Below are positions 1 through 10,809 of a DNA stretch of 64,000 nucleotides, one piece after another (position 1 is the stretch's first letter; each line of letters begins with the position of its first letter). Origin of the DNA: Gemmatimonadota bacterium (lineage in GTDB: Bacteria; Gemmatimonadota; Gemmatimonadetes; Gemmatimonadales; GWC2-71-9); contig JAZDCZ010000182.1 in NCBI GenBank assembly GCA_036679605.1, forward strand, positions 1 to 64,000, written 5' to 3'. The translations under genes and the position numbers were made by a program. The notes beneath the pieces were generated by a model, which saw nothing but the letters and a program-made list of their open reading frames with translations, searched no databases and was not told the DNA's origin.

Positions 1-429
1 GTTCTCCGGCTTGATGTCCCGGTGTATCACATCGTTGCGGTGCGCGTAGTCCAGCGCGGCGGCGACACACTTCGTGATCTCGATCGCGTCTTCAATTCCA
101 AGCTGCTTCTCACGATTGAGCTTGTCGCGCAGCGTGTCCCCCTCAATGAACGGCATCACATAGTAGAGAAAGCTGTCGGCTTCGCCCGAATCGTAGAGTG
201 GCAGGATGTTGGGGTGCTGCAGGTTCGCCGTGACCTTGATCTCCTGCAAGAAACGCTCGGCACCAATAACGGCGGCCAACTCAGGCCGCAAGACTTTCAA
301 TGCAACATTACGGTCGTGCTTGATGTCGTGCGCCAGATACACCGTCGCCATGCCACCCTGACCGATGTGTTTCTCGATCTGGTAGCGGTCGGCGATGGCC
401 GAGGTGAGGCGTTCGGTTAGCTCGGTCAA
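1..429 (-). CDS. Ser/Thr (Hanks-type) protein kinase, N-terminal part only; runs off the window start
   Basis: TTG at 429 overlaps the TGA of the 426-3125 gene. Reads MTELTERLTSAIADRYQIEKHIGQGGMATVYLAHD...VALKVL...HRDIKPEN. DNA closely resembles 8026-8454. Confidence 0.9.
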   Translation of the reverse strand, partial: MTELTERLTSAIADRYQIEKHIGQGGMATVYLAHDIKHDRNVALKVLRPELAAVIGAERFLQEIKVTANLQHPNILPLYDSGEADSFLYYVMPFIEGDTLRDKLNREKQLGIEDAIEITKCVAAALDYAHRNDVIHRDIKPEN

Positions 430-3125
430 TTCCCCACCTTCGCCTTCAACTCCTCAAGCCAGTTTTCGACTACGATCATCGTGCCCGCCGTCACCCCTTC
501 ATCACCTGTCCCGGCGGGTCGTACCATCAGGAAACGCTGGTCGTCGATACTAATGTCGAATGGAGTGTAGTTGAACGACAGAATAAAATCAGCGACGGAA
601 AACAGTGGGAGCTGTTCTCCCCTACTAAACGTCGGTTTCGTAATGACCTGCGCCGCCACCAGCTCACCGAGTCCATTCACATAAAAGAGTTCGCGACCAT
701 TGTGCGCCCACAGCGGCATGCGCCCACCCGCTGTTGAGATCTGCCACTTCCCACTGCCTACCTCAGGAAACGGTCGGACATAGATCTCGTCGCGTCCCGT
801 TTCCGTGGACTCATAGGCGATCCAACGCCCATCCGGCGATAACGCAGCCGCTTTCTCATCGAACGACTCAGCGAGCAGCGGTCTCGGCACGCTGTCCGTA
901 CCCGGCCGGAACGCCAGGATGTCTCGCCCACCTACAGAACCTGCGACTCCAGCAGTCCGTAGCACGATCCATTCTCCGTCCGGCGAATACCTGGCCTCGA
1001 ATATCGTTGGCTCCAGATCGAGTACCAGTTCAGCTGCGCCGGTCCCATCGGCAAGCTTGACGTATATATCATCATTCTGGTCTGAGTTCCGATCAGACAG
1101 GAACAACACCGACGTTCCATCCGGTGTCCACCGCGGCCGTTCATCCACCGCTTGGTCAAATGTCAGTCGACTCAGCGGACCTCGGTCCATCTCCTTGATC
1201 CAGATGTCTTCCCCAGACTCCGTCAACACTTTGAGAGCCAAGCGACTGCCGTCTGGTGAAAGAGCCCACCCTCTGTTCGGCCCTGGGTCAAACGTCCAAC
1301 CGGACTCGACCGGCGTTGCGGTACCATCGCGTTCGACCCATACCAGCTCCGCTACATTGGCCCCCGCTCCCGACGCACCCGCAAGCATCATTAGAGTTCC
1401 CGATCGGGACAGCGCAAAATCCGGAACAATCCCAATAGCGATCTGGACTCCATCAAGTAGCGGAATCGGTGCACCTCGCGTCTCCAGAGACCTTAGATCG
1501 AAAGGAACCGCAAACACGCCGCCGTCCTGACGTACGTAGACAAGATGCCCGGTCTGCACGTACCACGTCTGGGCGACTCCGGGGAACAACATTCGAGCTT
1601 GGCCCGATTGAAGGTCCAGCACCCAGCTCTCCGACACCGTCCGGCAATTTACATCGCAGACCTTGAATAGCACGCCGCGCCCACCTGGAAGTCCGGTCGG
1701 CAGCATCGTGAACATCCCATTCTCGGCAGACCAAATGACGTCTGAGGGGCCACCGACATCCGGTATCCGTCGGAGACGCCACTCCGCATCAACGAAGACG
1801 ATTTGGCCGTCGTCCAGCCACGCGCCGCCACTCGTGTTCATGTTGACCGAGTCCGTCAACGCGATGGCTGAACCACCCACCGCCGGGACCTTTCTGATCT
1901 CCCCCTCTGCAGTGAACGCCACCCACAGTCCATCAGGCGAGACCATCGGAGCTCGAGCCGCCTCCGTACCGGCGAGCGGGCTGGCTTCATAGCGGTCTCT
2001 CGCCTTCACCCAGAGTTGGCCGAAGTTGCCCCCCGGACCGCGGTATACGAGCCACGATCCGTCCGGCGCCAACGCGAAAAAGGGATTGTACCCATCCTGC
2101 AGTACCTGATCGGGTGGAAAGGCAATGCCATAGCGAATCACAGGTTGCGGCGGCTCAGGGCGCGACAACGTCCAGACGAACAGAATCGTCATCACCGCTG
2201 CGAGTGCTGTCACACCAAAGGTCACACGTTTCCACGGACCCCTCGCCGGTGCGCTCGACACCGCCATCGCCCGCGTCGTCGGCAAAGTGAACGCCGGGTT
2301 CGTCAATGCTTCCGCGAATTTCGCCGCACTCTCGAACCGATCTGCCGCCAACTTCTCCAATGATTTACTCGTGGCGGCGGCGACATGGGGCGGGACCGAC
2401 TTCCGCAACGCCGTCACCGGCTGCACATCCTCAGCCACGATCTTCATGATGATCGCCTGCGCCGATGCACCGGTATGCGGTGGCTCGCCAGTCAACATCT
2501 CGTACAGCACACTGCCGAGGGAGTAGACGTCCGACCGCGCAGTAAGATCTTTCTCTGCCGTCGCCTGCTCGGGACTCATGTAGTGTGGCGTGCCGAGCGA
2601 AAGGCCCGTCTCGGTCATCCGCCCGCCCGCCGCAGCGCTAACCGCCAATGCAATCCCGAAGTCCGCCACCATCGGGCGGCCATTGTGGATCAGAATGTTC
2701 TCTGGCTTGATGTCGCGGTGGATCACCCCTTCGCCGTGGGCGTAGTCCAGCGCGCCCGCAATGTCGGTGGTGATGCCAACGGCTTCCTCGATACCGAGTT
2801 GGGTTTCGCGGTTGAGCTTGTCACGCAGCGTCTCGCCGTCGATGAACGGCATGACGTAATAAAGGAAAGAGTCTGCCTCGCCCGAATCGAACAGCGGCAA
2901 AATGTGCGGATGCTGCAAATTCGCGGTGGTCTTGATCTCCTGGACGAACCGATCGGCACCCAAGACGGCGGCCAGCTCAGGGCGCAATACTTTGAGCGCG
3001 ACCTTGCGATCGTGCTTGATGTCGTGCGCCAGATAAACGGTCGCCATGCCGCCCTGACCGATGTGTTTCTCGATCTGGTAGCGGTCGGCGATGGCCGAGG
3101 TAAGGCGTTGGGTTATTTCGGTCAT
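426..3125 (-). CDS. Membrane Ser/Thr kinase with C-terminal TolB/PD40-like beta-propeller
   Basis: GQGGMA loop, VALK, HRDIKPEN, DFG, GTPHYMSPEQ; hydrophobic segment VTFGVTALAAVMTILFVWTL; repeated SPDG/WxPDG blades. Confidence 0.93.
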   Translation of the reverse strand: MTEITQRLTSAIADRYQIEKHIGQGGMATVYLAHDIKHDRKVALKVLRPELAAVLGADRFVQEIKTTANLQHPHILPLFDSGEADSFLYYVMPFIDGETLRDKLNRETQLGIEEAVGITTDIAGALDYAHGEGVIHRDIKPENILIHNGRPMVADFGIALAVSAAAGGRMTETGLSLGTPHYMSPEQATAEKDLTARSDVYSLGSVLYEMLTGEPPHTGASAQAIIMKIVAEDVQPVTALRKSVPPHVAAATSKSLEKLAADRFESAAKFAEALTNPAFTLPTTRAMAVSSAPARGPWKRVTFGVTALAAVMTILFVWTLSRPEPPQPVIRYGIAFPPDQVLQDGYNPFFALAPDGSWLVYRGPGGNFGQLWVKARDRYEASPLAGTEAARAPMVSPDGLWVAFTAEGEIRKVPAVGGSAIALTDSVNMNTSGGAWLDDGQIVFVDAEWRLRRIPDVGGPSDVIWSAENGMFTMLPTGLPGGRGVLFKVCDVNCRTVSESWVLDLQSGQARMLFPGVAQTWYVQTGHLVYVRQDGGVFAVPFDLRSLETRGAPIPLLDGVQIAIGIVPDFALSRSGTLMMLAGASGAGANVAELVWVERDGTATPVESGWTFDPGPNRGWALSPDGSRLALKVLTESGEDIWIKEMDRGPLSRLTFDQAVDERPRWTPDGTSVLFLSDRNSDQNDDIYVKLADGTGAAELVLDLEPTIFEARYSPDGEWIVLRTAGVAGSVGGRDILAFRPGTDSVPRPLLAESFDEKAAALSPDGRWIAYESTETGRDEIYVRPFPEVGSGKWQISTAGGRMPLWAHNGRELFYVNGLGELVAAQVITKPTFSRGEQLPLFSVADFILSFNYTPFDISIDDQRFLMVRPAGTGDEGVTAGTMIVVENWLEELKAKVGN

Positions 3126-5809
3126 TCCCTCCCCACCTTCGCCTTCAATTCCTCGAACCAGTTCTCAATCACGATCAGCGGCGACTCTACCTGCGATAGA
3201 CCGGCAATACTCCTCACCATGATGAAACGTCCGTCGGACGCAACGTCCCAAGGTGTGTACCAGTGGGAATCCACGACGGCCACGTCCGCTGGGATCCGGA
3301 ACAACACGCGCGGCTCGCCGGCCCGTAGCGTAGTGCCCACGGTTACCCGCACCGCAATCATGTCGGCGTTTGCGTTGCGATAGTAGAGTTCTCGCCCGTC
3401 ACGGCTCCAGAGCGCTCCGGTACCGCCGGCCTCCGAGATTTGGAGCTTACCCGCCTCGACATCAGGAAACCGGCGAACGAATACCTCGTTACGGCCGGTC
3501 TCGTCCGATTGATATGCCAAAGCACGGCCGTCCGGGGAGATAGCGATTGCCTCCTCATCGTACGGCGAAGGCAAAAACGGCCTCGGCACACTGTCGACCC
3601 CCGTCTCCACTGCAAAGATGTCACGCCCGCCTGCGGCGGCTGAGCTGGCGCCACTCCTGAGCAGTATCCAGCGCCCGTCCGGCGAGATCGCGCCTTCGTC
3701 AAACGCGCCTTGGACCATCAACGAGTCCTCGCCCGTGCCATCCGCACGCCGCTGATACAAGCCGCTGACCCTGCGATTGGAGTTGAAAATGACGGAGTGC
3801 CCGTCTGGCATCCATCTCGGCCGGTACTCCGCACCCTCGTCGAAAGAGACCTTAGACAGTGGACCCTGCGGCAGCGCTTTGACCCAGATATCATCGCCGG
3901 ATCCGGTGGCAAGACCGATAGCCACCTGCGTCTCGTCCGGCGACAGCGCCCATCCTACGTTCCCCGCAATCGCCACATGCCGGAATGTCTCGCTCGAATC
4001 AATCACCGTAACCCGTCCGGTCTGGTCGACCCACACGAACTCGAACTCCTGGAGGTTCACCGCTACCCCCGAACGCATCACCAGCGTCCCCGACGCGGAG
4101 ATCGCAATGAGGGGAACGGTGCCGGCGGCCGCAACACTGTCGAGCAGCGGGACCGCGGGACCGTGAGTTTCAAGTGACGTAAGATCGAAGGGAATTGCAA
4201 GCATGGCGGCATCGGGCCGTACGAACCCGAGGTGGCCTGTCGGCAAATAGTGCGCGTATGTGGCTCCGTCCAGAACCAGATGGGCCTCACCGGATCCGAG
4301 GTCGACCGCCCAAATGCCAGGATCGGCACACGGCGCGACGCACGACTGAAACAACACTCCGCGCCCACCGGGAAGTGGTTGGACCGCGATAGCGGTCATG
4401 GAATCCGACTCCCAGACGATAGTCGGCTCTCCGCCTTGATCGGATACGCGCGCGAGCCGGCGCGCCCCCCCAGCCATCGTGTACACGATGGTGCCGTCGT
4501 CGAGCCACGCGATCCCCCCGAGCCGGCCTGCGACGCCGTCGTCGACGATTGTGAGTCCCGCGCCTCCGTCGAGCGGGACCTTGCGGATCTCAGCCCCACC
4601 GGTAAATGCCACCCACGCACCGTCCGGCGAGAGTGTGAAGTTCACGACCCCCGTCGTTCCCGCGAGTGGTCTGGCCGTGTGCTTATCCCGGTCCTTCACC
4701 CAGAGCTGTCGATTTGCCGTGCCCTCCACCAACCCGACGTAGACAATCCGCGAACCGTCCGCCGTCGGGATGGCCAGGTTGGACGGATCCGGAGCCTGCG
4801 CCGGGGGAAGCGCCAACGCGTATCGGATGACGTCTGGCGCCGGTGGTGGGCGGAGAAAGGCCCAAGTCGCAATTGCCGTGGTCAGTGCCGCCACAGCAGC
4901 GAGCGGCATCACCAGTCTCGCCCGGCGAGCAAGGTTGGTTGACGGCACAGTCGCAAGCATCGGTGTGGCAAATTTCGAATCAGTCAATGCTTCTGCAAAC
5001 TTCGCTGCGCTCGCAAACCGGTCCGCCGGGAGTTTCTCCAAGGCGGTGTGTACGGCTGCTGCGACATTTGGCGGGGCGGTCTTGCGATACGTGGTCACGG
5101 GCTCAGGAGAAGCCGTCATCACCTTTGCTACGATCGACTGGACCGTGGGTCCGGTAAACGGGGGCTCACCCGCGAGCATTTCGTACAGGACACTACCCAA
5201 TGCATATATGTCCGCACGCGCGTCGATGTCGCGTTCCCCCATTGCCTGTTCCGGCGACATGTAATGCGGGGTGCCGAGTGACATACCAGTCTCGGTCAAT
5301 CGTGTGTCACCTTCAGAACGGCTCGCTGCGAGGGCGATGCCGAAGTCCGCAACCAAGGCGCGACCATCGTGTAGGAGGATATTCTCGGGCTTGATGTCGC
5401 GGTGAATCACATCGTGACGATGTGCGTAGTCGAGTGCCCCGGCGATCTCAGTGGTGATGCGCACAGCCTCGTTAACCGGCAGTTGTTTCTCTTTGTTGAG
5501 ACGATCGCGCAGCGTTTCACCTTCGATAAACGGCATAACGTAGAACACGGTGCCGTCGACTTCACCGGAGTCGTGTAACGGGAGGATGTGTGGGTGTTGG
5601 AGGTTTGCAGTGGTCGTGATCTCTTGTAGGAACCGCTCGGCCCCAAGTACCGCTGCGAGTTCGTGTCGCAGCACTTTGACCGCGACCTTGCGCTTGTGCT
5701 TCAAGTCCTCGGCGAGATAGACGGTTGCCATGCCACCTTCGCCCAAGTGGCGTTCGATCCGGTAGCGGTCGGCAATGGCCGAGGTTAGGCGTTGGGTTAT
5801 TTCGCTCAA
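3122..5809 (-). CDS. Membrane Ser/Thr kinase with TolB/PD40-like beta-propeller (paralogue)
   Basis: Same kinase motifs; TM segment LVMPLAAVAALTTAIATWAFL; SPDG repeats; TTG start overlaps the upstream TGA. Confidence 0.93.
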   Translation of the reverse strand: MSEITQRLTSAIADRYRIERHLGEGGMATVYLAEDLKHKRKVAVKVLRHELAAVLGAERFLQEITTTANLQHPHILPLHDSGEVDGTVFYVMPFIEGETLRDRLNKEKQLPVNEAVRITTEIAGALDYAHRHDVIHRDIKPENILLHDGRALVADFGIALAASRSEGDTRLTETGMSLGTPHYMSPEQAMGERDIDARADIYALGSVLYEMLAGEPPFTGPTVQSIVAKVMTASPEPVTTYRKTAPPNVAAAVHTALEKLPADRFASAAKFAEALTDSKFATPMLATVPSTNLARRARLVMPLAAVAALTTAIATWAFLRPPPAPDVIRYALALPPAQAPDPSNLAIPTADGSRIVYVGLVEGTANRQLWVKDRDKHTARPLAGTTGVVNFTLSPDGAWVAFTGGAEIRKVPLDGGAGLTIVDDGVAGRLGGIAWLDDGTIVYTMAGGARRLARVSDQGGEPTIVWESDSMTAIAVQPLPGGRGVLFQSCVAPCADPGIWAVDLGSGEAHLVLDGATYAHYLPTGHLGFVRPDAAMLAIPFDLTSLETHGPAVPLLDSVAAAGTVPLIAISASGTLVMRSGVAVNLQEFEFVWVDQTGRVTVIDSSETFRHVAIAGNVGWALSPDETQVAIGLATGSGDDIWVKALPQGPLSKVSFDEGAEYRPRWMPDGHSVIFNSNRRVSGLYQRRADGTGEDSLMVQGAFDEGAISPDGRWILLRSGASSAAAGGRDIFAVETGVDSVPRPFLPSPYDEEAIAISPDGRALAYQSDETGRNEVFVRRFPDVEAGKLQISEAGGTGALWSRDGRELYYRNANADMIAVRVTVGTTLRAGEPRVLFRIPADVAVVDSHWYTPWDVASDGRFIMVRSIAGLSQVESPLIVIENWFEELKAKVGRE

Positions 5810-8454
5810 CGCCCGCCTCCAGTCATGGCACGTAGTTCCTCGAACCAGTTCAGCACTACTATGAGTTCCGTGGACGCGCGCACTGCCGAACGGATCATCA
5901 CGAACTCGCCGGTCTGTCGATTGAGGTCGTAGTTGGCACGATTGGCGCTCGTAGCGAAGGGACCCGTGAATAAGGTGTCACGGATTCCCACCGCAAACGC
6001 ACCAAGGGTCCGCACCGTCGCTTCCACGAGCGCCTCCCCATGGCGGTAGAAAATGGCTTGTCCATCCTCCCTCCAGACCGGCTCGGCACCACCGTCCGCA
6101 GAAACCTGCCAGCGGCCGGAGGGCTCCGGAAATGCACGGACATAGACCTCGTCCTGCCCGGACTCGTCCGACACATAGGCTAGCCACCTCCCGTCCGGTG
6201 AGATCGCTGCAGCACGTTCCTGAAAGTTCGTCACCACGTACGGGGTCAGACTACCGTTATCCATCTGAATAAGCTGAAGATCACGGCCCGTTTCTTGGCC
6301 CAACTCGCGCACGACGCCGACGTCACCGGCCGGCGCGATCTCGATCTCCCATTGGTCGCCTTGGCGGGCAAGGAAAAGTTCCGCTGCTCCGCTCCCGTCG
6401 GCGCGCCGCCGGTAGATGTCGCGCCCCGTCGTGTCTCCGCGGACACTGGTGAAATAGAGATGCTGGCCGTCCGGAGACCACGTCGGGTAGTCGTTGCTTC
6501 CCTCAAACGTCAGTCGGGACATAGTGCCCTGGTCCCGGTCGTAGATCCAGATATCCTGGTTAGCATCGACAGTGACGCGAAGGGCGATCCGATTACCGTC
6601 CGCCGAGACGCGTGGTGTGAAGGCGGACCCCAGCCTCTCGGCCAGCACCCGCTGCCCGCCCGAACGGTCAACACTCACTAGACTCAACTCCGCGGCCTCA
6701 CCTTGGAGATACACCAGCGTCCCACCCGCAGACATGGCGAATTCCCCCATCCCTGACGTCTTCACCACGAGGCCCTCGCTCAATGCCACCGGGTTCCCCG
6801 TGACCTCGAGGCGGCCGACATCAAACGGGACAGCCAGAAGCGCACCCTGGGCCGTGCTGTACACGATGTGTCCTGTGTTCACATACCTGGCGAACGTACC
6901 TCCGAACAGCCGCTGGACCTCACCGCTCTCCAGATCGACCAGGGCGATTTCCGCTCCTTCCAGACTACCGTACCACACCGTGAATAGAGCAGCGCGTGCT
7001 CCCGGCAGCACATCCGGCCAGCGATGTGCAACCTCTCCACGCGCACCATCCAGACGAGTCACGGTATCGACCGGACCGCCGGAGGCAGCCACCGCTAGTA
7101 GACTGGCGGACAGGTTGGGGGCATAGATGATGCGATCGTCATCACCCCAGCTGGCGCCGCGCATGGTCGTCGCATCGGTAACCGTGAGCGGTGGGCCACC
7201 TGCCAGCGCTACTTTCTTGAGGTTAGGGGACTGATAAAATCCGATCCAGGCGCCATCAGCAGAGAAGAACGGGGTGTGCGCACCGTCGGTCCCCGGCAGC
7301 ACCCTGACCCCGAACTGCGAGATGGTGCGCACATAGAGTCGACGACCTGGTCCGAGGTACACGACTGAACGACCATCGGGAGAGATCGCGATGGTCGCAC
7401 CATTGGTGGAGGCGAAGAGGCCGGTATCGGGAGGCAATCCGACCTTGAACCGCGCCACCTCCGGTGGGGCCTCAGGCCGCAGCAGGCTCCAGATGCCAAG
7501 CCCGAACGCTCCAAGAAACAACATCCAGGGGACCGCAACGGCCGACGACGGTAGCCGTAGCGAGATCGTGCGAGCGGGTGCCACCACTTCCTGCGTCGCT
7601 GCCGGAGCAGCCTGGGACAATCCCGGTTTCGCGAGCGCATCAGCAAAATCGGCAGCACTCGCAAACCGATCCGCCGGCAACTTGTTCAACGCCTTGTGTA
7701 CGCTCGCCGCCACATGAGGTGGAGCAGTCCTGCGCTGGAGGGTGATCGGCCTGGGATCTTCCGTAATCACCCGTGCCACTATCGCCTGTGCGGTCGAACC
7801 GGTATACGGTGGCTCTCCCGCCAGCATCTCGTACAACATCGCGCCGAGGCTGTAGACGTCCGAACGCGCATCCAACTCACGATCGCCCATAGCCTGCTCG
7901 GGACTCATGTAGTGTGGCGTCCCAATCGAGAGACCCGTCTCCGTCAATCGGTTCCCACTGGCCGCGCTCACGGCCAAGGCAATCCCAAAATCCGCTACCA
8001 GTGCCTGCCCATCGTGCAGCAGGATGTTCTCCGGCTTGATGTCCCGATGAATCACGTCGTTGCGGTGCGCGTAGTCCAGCGCGGCGGCGACACACTTCGT
8101 TATCTCGATCGCGTCTTCAATTCCAAGCTGCTTCTCACGATTGAGCTTGTCGCGCAACGTATCCCCTTCGACGAAGGGCATTACGTAGTAGAGAAAGGTG
8201 TCGGCTTCGCCCGAATCGTAGAGCGGGAGGATGTTGGGATGTTGCAGGTTGGCAGTGACCTTGATCTCCTGCAAGAACCGTTCGGCGCCAATGACGGCGG
8301 CTAACTCGGGACGCAACACCTTGAGGGCAACTTTACGGTCGTGCTTGATGTCGTGCGCCAGATACACCGTCGCCATGCCGCCCTGACCGATGTGTTTCTC
8401 GATCTGGTAGCGGTCGGCGATGGCCGAGGTGAGGCGTTGGGTGATCTCAGCCAT
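5806..8454 (-). CDS. Membrane Ser/Thr kinase with TolB/PD40-like beta-propeller (first gene of the array)
   Basis: Start set at ATG 8454 (MAEITQRLTSAIADRY) to match the paralogues; intact kinase motifs, TM segment, SPDG blades. Confidence 0.92.
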   Translation of the reverse strand: MAEITQRLTSAIADRYQIEKHIGQGGMATVYLAHDIKHDRKVALKVLRPELAAVIGAERFLQEIKVTANLQHPNILPLYDSGEADTFLYYVMPFVEGDTLRDKLNREKQLGIEDAIEITKCVAAALDYAHRNDVIHRDIKPENILLHDGQALVADFGIALAVSAASGNRLTETGLSIGTPHYMSPEQAMGDRELDARSDVYSLGAMLYEMLAGEPPYTGSTAQAIVARVITEDPRPITLQRRTAPPHVAASVHKALNKLPADRFASAADFADALAKPGLSQAAPAATQEVVAPARTISLRLPSSAVAVPWMLFLGAFGLGIWSLLRPEAPPEVARFKVGLPPDTGLFASTNGATIAISPDGRSVVYLGPGRRLYVRTISQFGVRVLPGTDGAHTPFFSADGAWIGFYQSPNLKKVALAGGPPLTVTDATTMRGASWGDDDRIIYAPNLSASLLAVAASGGPVDTVTRLDGARGEVAHRWPDVLPGARAALFTVWYGSLEGAEIALVDLESGEVQRLFGGTFARYVNTGHIVYSTAQGALLAVPFDVGRLEVTGNPVALSEGLVVKTSGMGEFAMSAGGTLVYLQGEAAELSLVSVDRSGGQRVLAERLGSAFTPRVSADGNRIALRVTVDANQDIWIYDRDQGTMSRLTFEGSNDYPTWSPDGQHLYFTSVRGDTTGRDIYRRRADGSGAAELFLARQGDQWEIEIAPAGDVGVVRELGQETGRDLQLIQMDNGSLTPYVVTNFQERAAAISPDGRWLAYVSDESGQDEVYVRAFPEPSGRWQVSADGGAEPVWREDGQAIFYRHGEALVEATVRTLGAFAVGIRDTLFTGPFATSANRANYDLNRQTGEFVMIRSAVRASTELIVVLNWFEELRAMTGGGR

Positions 8455-8537
8455 TAGATGAGTATTACGACGGCTGAAGCCGCCGCTCGGCGGCGGGTCG
8501 CGGGCGGCCGGATCTCGGAAAGGCAAACCTGGAGTGG

Positions 8538-8629
8538 TTTCACCTCTCACATTTCACTGCATCTTCCCTCGCCCGCCTTACCTTGTCCCTTGTCCCTTTT
8601 CCCTTTTCCCTATCTCCCGCTCCTCACCA
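8538..8629. repeat. Degenerate 7-bp tandem repeats (TTTCACN; CCTTGTC/CCTTTTC)
   Basis: tttcacc tctcaca tttcact ... ccttgtc ccttgtc ccttttc ccttttc cctatct cccgctc. Confidence 0.75.
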
Positions 8630-10750
8630 CCCTCCCGTAGTCGCCTCTTTCGCACCCTTGAGTTTTCTGTCAAAGAAATCCGCCGTCGCATGAAACGCCG
8701 CAAGCCAACTCTTGTGCATCAAGAATCCGTGGACCTCATCCGGGAAAATCAATTGCTCGAAATAAACACCCTGCTTGCGGAGTTGCTCGACCAAATCGAC
8801 GGTTTCGCCGAACGGTACGTTGCGGTCGTCGTCACCGTGAATCAGCAGTACCGGAGAACGCCAATCCTTGACCGCGGCCATGGGTGAGGATTCGAATGCG
8901 AGTCGAGCGACTTCGGCGTGCTCGGCCGGATTATAGTCCTGTCTGAAGTTTCGGATCACGAAGTTCCAGTCGTGCACCCCGTGGAAGTCGACACCTGCGG
9001 CAAAGAGGTCCGAGGCCCTGGCCAACCCGAGTGCGGTCAGGTATCCACCGTAAGACCCGCCCCACAGACCGATACGATCGGGATCTACGTCGGGACGACT
9101 CTTGAGATATAGTCCGGCACCCAACACGTCGTTGAACTCGCTGGCTCCACGCGCCCCATAGTTCAACGCCTCGCGGAATTCCGTGCCGTAACCGATCCCG
9201 CTGCGGTAGTTGACCGACAGCACTATGTAGCCCTTGCTCGCAAGGTATTGGTTCTCGGCGTAGGCGTTGTGGTAGTAACCGCGGTAATGCCACCCCAACA
9301 GCATCTGACGTCGTGAGCCGCCGTGGAAGTGAAGCACTGCGGGTACGCGCTCGCCGCGCCGAACGTTCTTGGGAACGAACAGCTGGCCATGGATTCGCAT
9401 TCCGTCTGCACCGGAAAAGATCACTTGCTGTGGCTCAACGAGTTCGTCGCTCGGGAAATCGCGCGGCATCGACTTGGGCGCCAGCGCGTGTGCATCGTGA
9501 GAACCCATCTTGATTTCTGCATGTGCAGGTGTGCGCGCATCTGACGCCAAGAATGCAATAGCATTGCCGTCACCGATGAGGCGGGGTAACCACTCGACGC
9601 CTTTGCCGCTTGTCACCGCCTTGGGACCACCACCAGAAACCGAAACGCGCCACACGTGTCTGCGATCGATATCACCTTGGTTTGACGAATACACCAGCTC
9701 CCGCCTGTTCGCGCTCAGCGAAACGTGCTCGACCTCGAAATCACCCGGTGTCAATAGCGTAGGCCGGCCGCCGTTTACCGCAACTGAGTATAGATGAACC
9801 CAACCGTCCTTCTCCCAAGGGAAGACCAGCCGGTCTCCAGCGCCCCAATAGAGCTGAGCACCTACCACGCCGTGGAATACACTCCCTGCACCCTCGTCCG
9901 CTGTCCACACCGTTCGACCCACGCCCGTCGCAACGTCTGCCACCACTATGGACCACGGCTCGGCCTCCCGGCGCTGCATGAACGGCAACACTCCACTTTG
10001 CTGAGGCGTGCGAATGAACGCGATGCGGCGGCCGTCGAGCGACCATACGGGACTGTTATCACGATCCACGCTGGGCGCCAGGTAGCGCACGGTCTCACCG
10101 GCAACATTGTAGACGCCGATGAAGCCGTGGTTGCCGCGACTGCTCGCAAACGCCAACATAGAGCCGTCCGGCGACCAGGTCAGCGAGCCGGCCCTACCCC
10201 GGGCACGGAACAGTTGTTTGGCCTTTGCGTCCTCTGCACCGTCCAGTGGCACCGACCACACCTGACTGCGCCGCAGGAACACCACGATGTCCCCCTTGGG
10301 TGAAGTGCGAGGGCTGTTGCCATCGGCAAGCTTCTGCGGCTCCCCGCCCGCTAGTGACACCACCCATACGGCGCGCTCCGCTCCGTCGGGGTCGCTCGTC
10401 GGGTTGGGAATCTCACCCTGGCGGTTGGGAGCGCCACCTCTTACGTAAACGATGGAACCGCCATCGCGCGTGAACTGCAGGCTAGTCACCTCCTGACCAT
10501 CGTCCGCGTCGTAACTCGTGACTGGCCGCCCCTCGTACTCCGGACCCTCGGCTGTCCAGATATTTCGCATCCCGCGGTCGTCCTGCACCCACGCGACCCG
10601 GTCACCCGACCCGGCGGCGACTAACTCACTAGGAAACGGTGCACTCATGACCTGCTCGAGAGTGAAACGCTGCTGGGCTTCAGCCGCTGCGGCGATTCCA
10701 ATTGCGGCGGCTACTGCTGACAGGACTTTGCCTCGGCTTGCGACAGACAC
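8624..10750 (-). CDS. Secreted S9 family (prolyl oligopeptidase/DPP IV-like) serine peptidase
   Basis: Signal peptide, propeller region, GGSYGG nucleophile motif, HGDDDRNV and DEVHGF triad motifs; GAGGAGG RBS before GTG. Confidence 0.92.
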   Translation of the reverse strand: MSVASRGKVLSAVAAAIGIAAAAEAQQRFTLEQVMSAPFPSELVAAGSGDRVAWVQDDRGMRNIWTAEGPEYEGRPVTSYDADDGQEVTSLQFTRDGGSIVYVRGGAPNRQGEIPNPTSDPDGAERAVWVVSLAGGEPQKLADGNSPRTSPKGDIVVFLRRSQVWSVPLDGAEDAKAKQLFRARGRAGSLTWSPDGSMLAFASSRGNHGFIGVYNVAGETVRYLAPSVDRDNSPVWSLDGRRIAFIRTPQQSGVLPFMQRREAEPWSIVVADVATGVGRTVWTADEGAGSVFHGVVGAQLYWGAGDRLVFPWEKDGWVHLYSVAVNGGRPTLLTPGDFEVEHVSLSANRRELVYSSNQGDIDRRHVWRVSVSGGGPKAVTSGKGVEWLPRLIGDGNAIAFLASDARTPAHAEIKMGSHDAHALAPKSMPRDFPSDELVEPQQVIFSGADGMRIHGQLFVPKNVRRGERVPAVLHFHGGSRRQMLLGWHYRGYYHNAYAENQYLASKGYIVLSVNYRSGIGYGTEFREALNYGARGASEFNDVLGAGLYLKSRPDVDPDRIGLWGGSYGGYLTALGLARASDLFAAGVDFHGVHDWNFVIRNFRQDYNPAEHAEVARLAFESSPMAAVKDWRSPVLLIHGDDDRNVPFGETVDLVEQLRKQGVYFEQLIFPDEVHGFLMHKSWLAAFHATADFFDRKLKGAKEATTGGW

Positions 10751-10809
10751 TGGTACCTCCTCAGGGGATTCTTCTTGAGAAGCATACTTTCCGGTTCAGG
10801 CGCTGACAA

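Noticed and set aside
22..8304. Long plus-strand ORFs (22-420, 2385-3383, 7696-8304) resembling each other
   Set aside because: Antisense shadows of the conserved kinase domains; similarity is inherited from the real minus-strand genes.
1..8454. Diversity-generating retroelement or shufflon behind the kinase repeats
   Set aside because: No reverse transcriptase or recombinase; differences look mostly synonymous rather than adenine-specific.
8515..8545. GGAAAGGCAAACC resembling a c-di-GMP-I riboswitch start
   Set aside because: No GNRA-capped stem or following GCAAAG element, and wrong orientation for the adjacent genes.
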